The position numbers were made by a program, and so were the translations under genes. Below are positions 7,625 through 17,635 of a DNA stretch of 64,000 nucleotides, one piece after another. The stretch covers positions 2,087 to 66,086 of the forward strand of contig CAKZPI010000042.1 in NCBI GenBank assembly GCA_937139155.1. Direction: 5' to 3'. Each line of letters opens with the position of its first letter. Positions within the stretch are counted from its first letter, which is position 1. This DNA is from an uncultured Flavobacteriales bacterium. GTDB taxonomy: Bacteria > Bacteroidota > Bacteroidia > Flavobacteriales > JBLHRE01. Below the pieces are notes generated by a model. The model had not been told where the DNA came from, searched no databases, and saw only the letters and a list, made by a program, of their open reading frames with translations.

Positions 7625-8428
7625 ATGATTTCAAAGACCCTTCATACTCTTTTGATTTTTAGTATTTTATTCCTTTTAGGCTCTTGTGGTGAATACCAGA
7701 AGGTTTTGAAAAGTACGGATAATGACTATAAATTCGAAATGGCCAAGGAATATTATGAGGAAGAAAACTATGCTCGAGCCCTACCATTGCTTGAAGAGTT
7801 GATGAATATTTATCGAGGAACTCCAAAAGCTCCTCAGGTATATTACTATTACGCATACACTCATTTTGGAGAGGCAAACTACCTGCTAGCCTCCTTTCAT
7901 TTTAAGAATTTTGCCAAGACCTTTAAGAACGATGAGCACGCCGAGGAATGTGCTTTCATGGCCGCTAAATGTTATTACCTGAACTCTCCACGGTATAGTT
8001 TAGATCAAACCAATACATACAAAGCCCTTGAAGAACTGCAGCTTTTCATCAATACCCATCCAGGTTCTGAGCGTATTGAAGAATCGAATAAGCTTATGGC
8101 AGATCTTCGGCTTAAGCTTGAAAAAAAGTCTTTCGAAAAGGCTAAACTTTTCCTTCAAACCGAAAATTTCAAATCTGCCATCATTGCTTTTGAGTCTACC
8201 TTAAATGATTTCCCAGATACCAAACGGAAAGAGGAAATCTACTTTCATCAATTGGAAGCGCATTACCTTTTGGCCGAAGCTTCCGTAGTTTCTAAGCAGG
8301 TAGAAAGAATGAAAGACGCAGAAAAAGCCTATAAAAAGTATATATCTACCTTTCCCTCTGGTGAATTTAAATCAGAAGCAGAGGTTCTTGGAAAGAAAAT
8401 AAACTCTAGATTAGAACAAGTAAATTAA
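7625..8428 (+). CDS. bamD: Outer membrane protein assembly factor BamD (TPR lipoprotein)
   Basis: It has a lipoprotein signal (LLGSCG) and TPR-like repeats, and its position upstream of rpoZ-coaBC is the conserved one. A TATTTTTG motif lies at 7613-7620, immediately upstream of the ATG. Confidence 0.75.
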   Translation: MISKTLHTLLIFSILFLLGSCGEYQKVLKSTDNDYKFEMAKEYYEEENYARALPLLEELMNIYRGTPKAPQVYYYYAYTHFGEANYLLASFHFKNFAKTFKNDEHAEECAFMAAKCYYLNSPRYSLDQTNTYKALEELQLFINTHPGSERIEESNKLMADLRLKLEKKSFEKAKLFLQTENFKSAIIAFESTLNDFPDTKRKEEIYFHQLEAHYLLAEASVVSKQVERMKDAEKAYKKYISTFPSGEFKSEAEVLGKKINSRLEQVN

Positions 8429-8434
8429 TACAGC

Positions 8435-8773
8435 ATGGACTACAAGCGTTCAGAAGCACCTAGAAATACAATCACCCTGAACCGGGAAGGATTGACCAAA
8501 GATTCAGCAAGCGTTTACGAAGCCATTTCCATTATGGCGAAGCGTGCCAACCAAATTTCAGACGATATTCGGGAGGAATTGCAAGCGAAACTAGCTGAAT
8601 TTGCCACCAATACTGAATCTCTTGAGGAGGTATTTGAAAACAAAGAACAAATCGAGGTATCTCGTTTCTATGAAAGGCTTCCTAAACCTCATGCCATTGC
8701 CCTTAAAGAATGGTTAGAGGATAAGGTTTACCATCGTCGCCCAGAAGTAGAGGAAGGAGATTCTACCAAATAA
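8435..8773 (+). CDS. rpoZ: RNA polymerase omega subunit-like protein (Bacteroidota form)
   Basis: 112 aa and acidic. The call rests mainly on its position between bamD and coaBC, where rpoZ sits in Bacteroidota, so it is synteny-based. Confidence 0.5.
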   Translation: MDYKRSEAPRNTITLNREGLTKDSASVYEAISIMAKRANQISDDIREELQAKLAEFATNTESLEEVFENKEQIEVSRFYERLPKPHAIALKEWLEDKVYHRRPEVEEGDSTK

Positions 8774-8777
8774 TTCC

Positions 8778-9977
8778 ATGGTACTGACCGGACAACAAAT
8801 CTTGCTCGGCATTACCGGAAGTATAGCAGCCTACAAGGCTGCTTTTTTGGTTAGGCTGCTAAAGAAAGAAGGGGCAGAGGTTAAGGTGATTCTGAGTCCT
8901 GCCGCCAAAGATTTTGTAAGCCCTTTAACCTTGGCAACCCTTTCGGGGAACCCAGTGTTTTCTGAATTGGTAGATGAAGACGGAAGTGACCAATGGAACA
9001 ACCATGTTGAACTTGGGCTCTGGGCTGATCGTATGATCATTGCTCCGGCTACGGCCAATACTCTGGCCAAAATGGCCAATGGCCAATGCGATAATATGAT
9101 CCTGGCCGCTTACCTTTCAGCCAAATGCCCGGTTTATGTTTCTCCGGCCATGGACCTCGACATGTATAAGCATCCAGGTACCAAAGAAAACCTGAGCAAA
9201 CTCGAAAGCTTTGGAAATAAGGTGATTCCTGTTGGATTTGGAGAGCTTGCCTCAGGCCTGGTAGGCGAGGGCAGAATGGCTGAACCTCAAGAAATTATCG
9301 ATTTCCTCAAAAAAGACATTGAGGACCAATCTCCTTTATCCGGCAAAAAAGTACTTATTACTGCGGGTCCAACCTATGAGCCAATTGATCCGGTTCGGTT
9401 TATTGGCAATCGAAGCTCAGGGAAAATGGGCTTCGCATTGGCTCAAGAAGCTGCAAATCTTGGGGCAGAGGTAACCCTTATTCATGGTCCGGTTCACCTG
9501 AGCCTTAATCACGGTAGAATCAATAAGATTCCCATTGAAACCGCTGTAGAAATGCTAGAGGCCGTTCAAAAAGTACGGGATGATATGGACGTCTTGATCT
9601 TTTCCGCCGCCGTTGCTGATTTTCGTCCGGCTACTGCCGCCCAAGAAAAAATAAAAAAAGACAAAGCGGAAACGAAAATAGACCTGGAGATGAATCCAGA
9701 CATCCTTGCGGATACAGGTGCTAATAAGAAAACCGGACAGATTTTGGTTGGCTTTGCCCTGGAAACTGAAAATGCCCGAGAAAATGCCCTTTCTAAGCTG
9801 AAGCGTAAAAATTGTGATTTTCTGGTTCTGAATACCCTCAAGGATGAAGGAGCAGGCTTTGGACATGATACCAATAAGGTCAGCATTATTAATGCCAACA
9901 ATACTTGGGAAGATTTTGAGTTAAAGTCAAAACAAGAAGTTGCGAAAGATATCTGGAATGTTCTTCAAAATGCATAA
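8778..9977 (+). CDS. coaBC: Bifunctional phosphopantothenoylcysteine decarboxylase / phosphopantothenate-cysteine ligase
   Basis: An N-terminal flavoprotein domain (GITGSIAAYKA ... PATANTLAKMANG) is joined to a C-terminal CoaB domain (ITAGPTYEPIDPVRFIGNRSSGKMG). Length is 399 aa. Confidence 0.9.
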   Translation: MVLTGQQILLGITGSIAAYKAAFLVRLLKKEGAEVKVILSPAAKDFVSPLTLATLSGNPVFSELVDEDGSDQWNNHVELGLWADRMIIAPATANTLAKMANGQCDNMILAAYLSAKCPVYVSPAMDLDMYKHPGTKENLSKLESFGNKVIPVGFGELASGLVGEGRMAEPQEIIDFLKKDIEDQSPLSGKKVLITAGPTYEPIDPVRFIGNRSSGKMGFALAQEAANLGAEVTLIHGPVHLSLNHGRINKIPIETAVEMLEAVQKVRDDMDVLIFSAAVADFRPATAAQEKIKKDKAETKIDLEMNPDILADTGANKKTGQILVGFALETENARENALSKLKRKNCDFLVLNTLKDEGAGFGHDTNKVSIINANNTWEDFELKSKQEVAKDIWNVLQNA

Positions 9978-10872
9978 ATACCTACTTTTTACAATCCTTC
10001 TGTTGGTTTCCTTAACCGGGAAAGCTCAAGAGCTGAATTGCAGGGTTCAGGTTCTTACCCCATCCATTCAAGGAACCAATAAGCAGGTTTTCCAAACCTT
10101 GCAAACGGCCATTTATGAGTTCATGAACAATACCAAATGGACCAATGATCAATTTGCGGTTGAGGAGAGAATTGAATGTAGCATTACCATCAACATTACC
10201 GAGCAGTTGAGCACCGATGAATTTAAAGGAACCCTTCAGGTTCAATCCAGCCGTCCTGCTTTTAATTCTTCCTACAATTCAACCCTCCTCAACGTTTTCG
10301 ACGATCAATTCAGATTCCGATACCTAGAATTCCAGGCCATGGAGTTCAATGAGAATACCCATATTTCAAACCTTACTTCAGTACTTGCTTTTTATGCCTA
10401 TACCATCATTGGTATGGATTATGACAGTTTCGGAAAAAGAGCTGGTCAGCCGTATTTTTTAAAGGCCCAGAAGGTGGTTAACAATGCGCAAAATGACAAT
10501 GCCGCAACCGGTTGGAAGGCATTCGAGGGGAACCAAAACAGGTATTGGTTGAATGAGAACCTCTTGAATCCAAATTTCCGTCCTCTAAGAGACTGCACCT
10601 ATGCCTACCATAGAAAAGGCCTAGACCTAATGTCAAATCAGGTAGAAACAGGAAGAGCGGCCATTATGGAAGCGATTATAAACCTCCGTTCCGTGCACAA
10701 TAAGCAGCCAAATTCTTATTTGATGCAAATGTTCTTCGCAGCCAAAAGCGACGAAATAGTGAATATATTTAAGAAAGAATTGCCGGTGAACAAAACCTCA
10801 TTGCTGGAAGTCTTAAAAATCATTGATCCGGCCAATACCACCAAATATGAGGGTATGATGCGCGCTGAATAA
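9970..10872 (+). CDS. DUF4835-family secreted protein (family linked to type IX secretion in Bacteroidota)
   Basis: A signal peptide begins at MHKYLLFTILLL, and the gene sits in the conserved position between coaBC and recN. The family name is from memory and was not searched. Confidence 0.55.
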   Translation: MHKYLLFTILLLVSLTGKAQELNCRVQVLTPSIQGTNKQVFQTLQTAIYEFMNNTKWTNDQFAVEERIECSITINITEQLSTDEFKGTLQVQSSRPAFNSSYNSTLLNVFDDQFRFRYLEFQAMEFNENTHISNLTSVLAFYAYTIIGMDYDSFGKRAGQPYFLKAQKVVNNAQNDNAATGWKAFEGNQNRYWLNENLLNPNFRPLRDCTYAYHRKGLDLMSNQVETGRAAIMEAIINLRSVHNKQPNSYLMQMFFAAKSDEIVNIFKKELPVNKTSLLEVLKIIDPANTTKYEGMMRAE

Positions 10873-10873
10873 T

Positions 10874-12532
10874 ATGCTGAAACAACTAACCATCCGTAAT
10901 TACGCCCTGATTGAGTCTCTTGAAGTAGACTGGGATCATGGTTTTGTAACCATAACCGGTGAAACTGGAGCCGGGAAATCCATCATCCTCGGAGCCCTTC
11001 AAATGCTATTAGGGGGAAGGGCCGACTTGAAATCTCTTCGGAATCCAGATAAAAAGGCGGTGTTTGAAGCAGAGTTTACACTAGAGTCGGATCGCTTGAA
11101 GCCCCTTTTTGATCAGGCTGATCTTGATTTTGAAAAAGAAACCATCCTCCGAAGGGAGATTAGTCCCTCTGGAAAATCTAGGGCATTTATAAATGATACC
11201 CCCGTAGCTTTGGCCGACCTAAAGCCTATTGGTCAAGCGCTTGTGGATGTGCATTCTCAACATCAAAACCTTGGTTTAACCCAAGTCGATTTCCAGCTAG
11301 AGCTCCTCGATGCCTTTTGCAACCATCCAAATACCCTTGATCAATACTCAAAGGCTTATTCAGGCTGGATTCAGGCCCAGAAAAACCTTCAAAAAACCCA
11401 AGAGGCATGGGCTGATTGGAAAAAAGAGAGCGATTATCAAACCTTTCTTTTCAATGAATTGGAAGAAGCCAAGCTGAATGAGATTTCAGACTTGGAGGAA
11501 CTAGAGTCGGATTTGGCCAAGCTTGAAAACGCGGATTCCATTTTAAAAAACTTGGAAGAAGTTCGGAATCTGGCAGAAGCCGATGATCTTGGAGTACTTG
11601 AAAACTTGACCTCTTGGCAGAAAAACCTGGAGCAAATTTCTGGGTATTGGAAGGAAATCCAGCCCTTGCTTGACCGCACAGAGTCAGCCCGATTGGAATT
11701 GGAGGATATTGCCTCTGAACTGCATGCCCTGGCCGGTAAGGTAGAGGCCAATCCGGAAGAACTTGACCGGCTTACCGGGGTATTAAATCAAGTGAATGGC
11801 CTTATGGCAAAACACGGGGCCGGAAACCTAAATGAGTTGAAAGAAATTCATGCTGGCCTTGCTTCAAAAGTTTTAGATGCCAATGGCTTGGAAGAGGCAT
11901 TAGACCAGAATCGAGTAGAAGAGGAGAGGGCTAGGGTTTATCTCGAAGAAAAAGGAAAGGAGCTTAGAAAGTCAAGAGAGGCTAAATTGCCTGCCCTGAA
12001 AGAATCCCTTTTGTCCTTATTGAGAAAATTGGGCCTTGAACAAGCAGATATTCAAATCCTTCTTGAACCTCAAAACCCAGGTCCTTCAGGTTCTGATAAA
12101 ATTGAATTCCGCTTTAGCGCGAACAAAGGAATGCCTCCCGGGCTTCTAAAAGAAACGGCCTCAGGGGGAGAATTGTCTAGAATCATGCTTGCCTTTAAGT
12201 GGATTTTAGCCAAATCAAGGGAGTTGCCCACCTTGATATTTGACGAAATTGATACAGGAGTTTCCGGAGAAGTAGCCCTTCAAATGGCAGGAATGATGCA
12301 GGAGTTGGGTGTCAATACTCAGGTGATTTGCATTACCCACTTACCGGGTATTGCCGCCAAAGGAAAAACTCAATACAAGGTTGAGAAATCGCATGAAGGG
12401 GCTCAAACTCAGACCAATATATTTCAATTGAATCATGATCAGAGAATACGTGAGCTGGCGGAAATGATTGAAGGAAAGAAAGCCGGGGATCTTGCCCTTC
12501 AATCTGCAAGAGCCTTAATGCAGGAAGATTGA
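10874..12532 (+). CDS. recN: DNA repair protein RecN
   Basis: SMC-like architecture: Walker A GETGAGKS at the N-terminus, a long coiled coil, then the signature SGGELSRIMLA and Walker B LIFDEIDTG at the C-terminus. Confidence 0.9.
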   Translation: MLKQLTIRNYALIESLEVDWDHGFVTITGETGAGKSIILGALQMLLGGRADLKSLRNPDKKAVFEAEFTLESDRLKPLFDQADLDFEKETILRREISPSGKSRAFINDTPVALADLKPIGQALVDVHSQHQNLGLTQVDFQLELLDAFCNHPNTLDQYSKAYSGWIQAQKNLQKTQEAWADWKKESDYQTFLFNELEEAKLNEISDLEELESDLAKLENADSILKNLEEVRNLAEADDLGVLENLTSWQKNLEQISGYWKEIQPLLDRTESARLELEDIASELHALAGKVEANPEELDRLTGVLNQVNGLMAKHGAGNLNELKEIHAGLASKVLDANGLEEALDQNRVEEERARVYLEEKGKELRKSREAKLPALKESLLSLLRKLGLEQADIQILLEPQNPGPSGSDKIEFRFSANKGMPPGLLKETASGGELSRIMLAFKWILAKSRELPTLIFDEIDTGVSGEVALQMAGMMQELGVNTQVICITHLPGIAAKGKTQYKVEKSHEGAQTQTNIFQLNHDQRIRELAEMIEGKKAGDLALQSARALMQED

Positions 12533-12590
12533 GCTTTATGCCTTGACTGAAGCCGTTTTTTCTATATTTGGCCCACCAAAACTATCCTAA

Positions 12591-13424
12591 ATGGCAAACA
12601 ATATTCTAAAAGGAAAAAGGGGCATTATTTTCGGAGCCCTTGACGAGAGATCAATTGCTTGGAAAGTTGCCGAGGCAGCCAAGGCCGAAGGTGCCGAATT
12701 CACCCTTACCAATGCTCCCATAGCCATGCGAATGGGTGCGATCAAAGAATTGGCCGAAAAAACAGGTGCAGAAATCATCCCTGCCGATGCCACCAAGATG
12801 GAGGACCTAGAAAAGCTTTTCGATCAGTCTATGGAAGTGCTTGGGGGAAAAGTTGACTTCATTTTGCATTCAATTGGAATGTCAGTTAACGTTCGGAAAA
12901 ACATTCACTATACCCAAAGCAACTACGATTATACCATGAAAGGAATGGACGTTTCAGCCCTTTCTTTTCATAAGGTGATGCAAACCGCCATGAACAAAGA
13001 TGCCATGAATGAATGGGGGTCTATTGTTGGTTTGACCTACATCGCGGCTCAAAGAGTTTTCCCAGATTACAATGACATGGCAGACAATAAAGCTCTTTTG
13101 GAGTCGATTGCCCGTTCATTTGGTTACCACTTTGGAGTTAAGAAAAACGTTCGTGTGAATACCATTTCCCAATCGCCTACCATTACCACTGCTGGTTCTG
13201 GAGTTAAGGGCTTTGATGGGTTCTTCTCCTTTGCCGATAAAATGTCGCCTCTGGGCAACGCTTCAGCGGATGAATGTGCAAATTATGTAATCTCACTTTT
13301 CTCCGATTATACCCGTAAGGTAACCATGCAAAACCTTTTCCACGATGGAGGCTATAGCTTTACCGGTGTTAGCGAAGACATCATGGAAGAACTAATGAAA
13401 CAGAATAAAAAATCTGACGAATAG
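12591..13424 (+). CDS. fabI: Enoyl-[acyl-carrier-protein] reductase (NADH) FabI
   Basis: SDR fold with an FabI-type N-terminus (LKGKRGIIFGALDERSIAW) and a catalytic Y...K region. Length is 277 aa. Confidence 0.85.
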   Translation: MANNILKGKRGIIFGALDERSIAWKVAEAAKAEGAEFTLTNAPIAMRMGAIKELAEKTGAEIIPADATKMEDLEKLFDQSMEVLGGKVDFILHSIGMSVNVRKNIHYTQSNYDYTMKGMDVSALSFHKVMQTAMNKDAMNEWGSIVGLTYIAAQRVFPDYNDMADNKALLESIARSFGYHFGVKKNVRVNTISQSPTITTAGSGVKGFDGFFSFADKMSPLGNASADECANYVISLFSDYTRKVTMQNLFHDGGYSFTGVSEDIMEELMKQNKKSDE

Positions 13425-13451
13425 GTCGATTGATTTCTCATAAAGCATAAG

Positions 13452-13478
13452 GCGAGGAGAAATCCTCGCTTTTTTTTT
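13452..13478 (+). terminator. Intrinsic terminator after fabI
   Basis: GCGAGGA-GAAA-TCCTCGC is followed by a T9 run. Confidence 0.75.
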
Positions 13479-13607
13479 GTCCATTTTTTAAACCAATACA
13501 AATCAATATGAAAACTAAAATGAAAATCAAGATGAAAACCTCAGCCTTCAACCTGAGCTTAGAACAGAAAAATGAAAGAATAATGGCCACAAATCACAAC
13601 GAGACCG

Positions 13608-14735
13608 ATGGAATTTAACACACCCTTTTACCAATACCACCCTAACTGGCTTGAAGAAAGCATTACTCAAGCTGCAAACGGATCTAGACGAAATAGAATC
13701 CAAATTCGATACGCCTTAAAGGCGAATCATAACCCCCTTGTTTTAAGCCATATTCAAAAGGCTGGCTTTGGCATCGATGCGGTAAGCGGACCCGAGGTGG
13801 CACACGCCCTTGATCACGGATTTTCTCCAGATCAAATCAACCTGGCTGGGGCCGGAAAAACTCGGTCTGAAATTCGATTTGCCCTCGAAAAAAACATTCA
13901 CTACCTCAATGTTGAGAGCCTTCAAGAAATTCATAGAATTCAAGAAATTGCCTCTGAATTATACACAACAGCCCGAATTTGTCTACGGGTAAATCCTGAT
14001 ATTGACGCCCAAACCCATCCTCATATCTCAACGGGCCAAAAAGGCCATAAGTTTGGAATTGAGGAATCAGATCTTAAAAGAGCTTTTCAGCTGATTAAGG
14101 CTTCCTCTAGAGTTCATTGGTTGGGGTATCATTTCCACGTGGGTTCTCAAATCTTAAACATTAAAGTCTTTGAGGATTTATGCCATGTGGTCAATCAAAT
14201 CCAACAAAAATACACAGCTCTTGGCTGGACCCCCAGCATATTGAACTTAGGGGGCGGACTTGGTATTGATTATCACGTTCCTCATGCTCAGGCTGATTTC
14301 CAATCTTATTTTAACATCATCAACAAAAACCTTATTCGCCAAGGGGCCGAGGTGCATGTAGAACCTGGCCGATCTTTGGTGGCTGGTGCATGTTCTTTGG
14401 TTTCAGAGGTTCAATACACCAAGTTATCAGGGGGTAAAAACATTGCCATTCTAGATGCTGGAATGAACCATTTAATGCGCCCAGCTCTTTATGGAGCCTA
14501 CCATCACATAGAAAAACTGGGAAGGCAGAACCTCGAAATTCTTCCTTTCGACATCCATGGGCCAATTTGTGAATCTTCCGATTGCTTTGGCCGGGATAGG
14601 GATTTACCGAAACTTGAACCGGGTGACCTTTTGGAGATTCATCATGCTGGCGCTTATGGAGAGACCATGGCTTCGGCTTATAACCTTCGTGCAGGCATTC
14701 CCTTAAAAACTGTGGATAGGGTAGTGGTGGCTTAA
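13608..14735 (+). CDS. lysA: Diaminopimelate decarboxylase
   Basis: It carries the PLP-lysine motif YALKAN plus GGGLGI, EPGRSLV and CESSD, motifs of the group IV decarboxylases. Confidence 0.9.
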   Translation: MEFNTPFYQYHPNWLEESITQAANGSRRNRIQIRYALKANHNPLVLSHIQKAGFGIDAVSGPEVAHALDHGFSPDQINLAGAGKTRSEIRFALEKNIHYLNVESLQEIHRIQEIASELYTTARICLRVNPDIDAQTHPHISTGQKGHKFGIEESDLKRAFQLIKASSRVHWLGYHFHVGSQILNIKVFEDLCHVVNQIQQKYTALGWTPSILNLGGGLGIDYHVPHAQADFQSYFNIINKNLIRQGAEVHVEPGRSLVAGACSLVSEVQYTKLSGGKNIAILDAGMNHLMRPALYGAYHHIEKLGRQNLEILPFDIHGPICESSDCFGRDRDLPKLEPGDLLEIHHAGAYGETMASAYNLRAGIPLKTVDRVVVA

Positions 14736-14802
14736 TAAACAATAGCCTTGCGTTCCGTCGTTTTATGAATTTAATAGTTCACGCGGAGCAATTGCCCATT
14801 AC

Positions 14803-14836
14803 AAAAAAAGGCTGGATGAAAATCCAGCCTTTTTTA
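14803..14836. terminator. Bidirectional terminator between convergent lysA and clpC
   Basis: A7-GGCTGGAT-GAAA-ATCCAGCC-T6, a perfect 8-bp stem flanked by A and T runs. Confidence 0.75.
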
Positions 14837-14856
14837 ATGATTTAGCTTTTAAAGAA

Positions 14857-17421
14857 TCAAGAAGCATCGCTTTCTTCATCCTTGGTTTTGGTGCTTTTCT
14901 TTTTGGCCTTGACCTTTACCTTGATTTCGTCCTTTTTCTCATCGTAATCTAAGGTTATAGCATCGCCTTCCTTAAGATTATTATTGATGATTTCTTCCGC
15001 CAAGGGGTCTTCCAGGTATTTTTGAATGGCACGCTTCAAGGGGCGGGCACCAAATTGTTGGTCGTAGCCCTTTTCGGCAATGTAATTCTTGGCCTTATCG
15101 GTCAAAGAAAGCTTGTAACCAATGTCTTCAATTCGCTTAAATACCTTCTTCAATTCAATATCAATGATTTTGAAGATATGTTCTTTTTCAAGGGAATCGA
15201 ATAAGATTACATCATCAATCCGGTTTAAGAATTCAGGGGCAAAGGCCTTTTTCAAAGCATTTTGAATCACTGATTTCATATGACCTGATGCTCCAGTTTT
15301 CTTGGCCGTTGTACTGAATCCAACCCCTTGACCAAAGTCTTTCAATTGGCGAGTACCAATATTGGAGGTCATGATGATGATGGTATTCTTGAAGTCAATT
15401 TTCCGCCCGAGGGAATCGGTCATATGACCATCATCCAAGGCTTGAAGGAGTAAATTGAATACATCGGGATGAGCTTTTTCAATTTCATCCAATAGAATCA
15501 CCGCATAAGGTTTTCTCCGAACCTTTTCCGTCAATTGTCCACCCTCTTCATACCCAACATACCCGGGAGGTGCTCCCACCAAACGACTTACTGCAAACTT
15601 CTCCATGTATTCACTCATGTCTACCCGAATTAGGGCATCTGAGCTATCGAAGAGCAATTCGGATAAGTCTTTGGCCAATTGGGTTTTTCCCACACCAGTA
15701 GGACCCAAGAAAATGAATGAGCCAATGGGCTTGTTCGGATCTTTCAATCCGGCCCGGTTACGCTGAATGGCTCGAACCACTTTTTGAACGGCATCGTCTT
15801 GACCAATTACCCGGGCCTTCAGGTCACCCGTCATGCTTTGCAGTTTATTGGTTTCGCTTTCCGCAATTCTTTGTACCGGTACACCAGTCATCATAGCAAC
15901 CACTTCGGCAACATTGTCTTCCGAAACAGTTTCTCGATGGTTGGAAACCTCTTCCTCCCAAGCCTTTTTAGCTTCTTCAAGCTGGTTTTGTACCTGCTTT
16001 TCGGTATCGCGCAATTGGGCGGCTTCTTCGTAGCGTTGACGTTTTACAACATTGATTTTTTCCTGTTTGATTTCCTCTAGTCGTTTTTCCAACTTGATTA
16101 CACTTTCAGGAACCTTAATGTTGGTAATGTGAACACGTGATCCAGCCTCATCCAAGGCGTCAATGGCTTTATCAGGAAGATGTCGATCGCTCATATAGCG
16201 AGTGGTCAATTGAACACAGGCCAAAAGAGCTTCATCGGTATAATTCACATTGTGGTGTTCCTCGTACCGATCTTTGATATTGTTCAGGATTTCCAGGGTT
16301 TCCTCCATGGTAGTGGGTTCAACCATAACCTTTTGGAAACGTCGCTCAAGAGCCCCGTCTTTTTCAATGTATTGACGGTATTCATCAAGGGTAGTGGCCC
16401 CAATGGTTTGAATCTCACCTCTTGCAAGAGCCGGTTTGAACATGTTTGAGGCATCTAAGCTTCCTGCTGCGCCCCCAGCTCCAATAATTGTATGAATCTC
16501 GTCAATGAAAAGGATGATGTCTGGGTTTTTTTCCAATTCATTCATCAAAGCTTTCATCCGTTCTTCAAATTGACCCCGGTATTTGGTTCCGGCAACCAAT
16601 GAAGCAAGATCAAGGGTAACAATTCGTTTATCAAATAGAACCCTAGAAACCTGACGTTTTACAATGCGAATGGCAAGGCCTTCAGCAATGGCAGATTTAC
16701 CCACACCCGGTTCCCCAATAAGAAGGGGGTTGTTTTTCTTTCGTCGACTCAGGATTTGAGAAACCCTTTCAATCTCCTTGGCTCTCCCAACAACCGGGTC
16801 TAATCTTCCTTCTTCCGCCAAGGCGGTAAGATCTCTTCCGAAATTATCAAGAACAGGAGTTTTGGATTTAGGGGACCCACCACGTTTGGGTGAACCGCCA
16901 GAAAAGGCATCTCCTTTGTCGCCTTCGAATGGATCATCGTCCTCGTCAGAAAAACTCATTTCAGGTTGATTAGGTTGGTCATCTACATAATACGTTAAAT
17001 ACTCATTCTTAACCTTTTGGTAGTCAATATCTTCCTTGGCTAATAAACGAGTAATGGGATCGTCTTCATTTCTCAGAATGCAGAGCAATAAATGAGAGGT
17101 TCCAATCATGGAACTCTTGTAAAGTTTTGCCTCTAGAAATGTAGTTTTAAGAGCCTTCTCTGCTTGACGAGTGAGGGGTAAATTGGTTTTCTTTCCGCGA
17201 ATGGCAGAATTTCGTTTGACGCCAATATTTTCAACCCTTCCTCGGAAATTGTCTAGGTCAACTCCTAAAGAATTCAAAATTTTAACGGCAACTCCTTTGC
17301 CTTCACGAATCAAACCAAGCATTAAGTGCTCAGTTCCAATATGCTCATGTCCAAGCCTTAAAGCTTCTTCTTTGCTATAACCGATTACGTCTTTGACGCG
17401 CGGTGAAAAATTATCATCCAT
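14857..17421 (-). CDS. clpC: ATP-dependent Clp protease ATP-binding subunit ClpC (class I AAA+)
   Basis: Clp_N repeats are followed by two AAA+ modules ([18 protein letters not shown]). A UVR-like motif ([15 protein letters not shown]) lies between the modules. Confidence 0.9.
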   Translation of the reverse strand: MDDNFSPRVKDVIGYSKEEALRLGHEHIGTEHLMLGLIREGKGVAVKILNSLGVDLDNFRGRVENIGVKRNSAIRGKKTNLPLTRQAEKALKTTFLEAKLYKSSMIGTSHLLLCILRNEDDPITRLLAKEDIDYQKVKNEYLTYYVDDQPNQPEMSFSDEDDDPFEGDKGDAFSGGSPKRGGSPKSKTPVLDNFGRDLTALAEEGRLDPVVGRAKEIERVSQILSRRKKNNPLLIGEPGVGKSAIAEGLAIRIVKRQVSRVLFDKRIVTLDLASLVAGTKYRGQFEERMKALMNELEKNPDIILFIDEIHTIIGAGGAAGSLDASNMFKPALARGEIQTIGATTLDEYRQYIEKDGALERRFQKVMVEPTTMEETLEILNNIKDRYEEHHNVNYTDEALLACVQLTTRYMSDRHLPDKAIDALDEAGSRVHITNIKVPESVIKLEKRLEEIKQEKINVVKRQRYEEAAQLRDTEKQVQNQLEEAKKAWEEEVSNHRETVSEDNVAEVVAMMTGVPVQRIAESETNKLQSMTGDLKARVIGQDDAVQKVVRAIQRNRAGLKDPNKPIGSFIFLGPTGVGKTQLAKDLSELLFDSSDALIRVDMSEYMEKFAVSRLVGAPPGYVGYEEGGQLTEKVRRKPYAVILLDEIEKAHPDVFNLLLQALDDGHMTDSLGRKIDFKNTIIIMTSNIGTRQLKDFGQGVGFSTTAKKTGASGHMKSVIQNALKKAFAPEFLNRIDDVILFDSLEKEHIFKIIDIELKKVFKRIEDIGYKLSLTDKAKNYIAEKGYDQQFGARPLKRAIQKYLEDPLAEEIINNNLKEGDAITLDYDEKKDEIKVKVKAKKKSTKTKDEESDAS

Positions 17422-17635
17422 AGTACCCTAAGTTACGATTCTTCTCAATACCTTAGTTTCACTCCAAAGGTAGTATACCAAACGGCAAATCAAACCCTTT
17501 TCTAGGTTTTCAATTATCAACAGGATTTTGTGTATAAATCGCCAATAAACACGGGCTGTTCAGAACGGCTACCCCTGTCATTTTGCCTATATTCGTCAGC
17601 GTGAAAACTGGATTTGCGCCTAATAAATAAAACCT

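Noticed and set aside
14857-17421. Multiple 60-100 aa ORFs antisense to clpC, and similar ones inside ettA, gyrA, coaBC, recN, the hybrid kinases and ligA
   Set aside because: They are shadow ORFs inside well-supported long genes. They have no independent start context or family resemblance, and their composition is typical of antisense frames.
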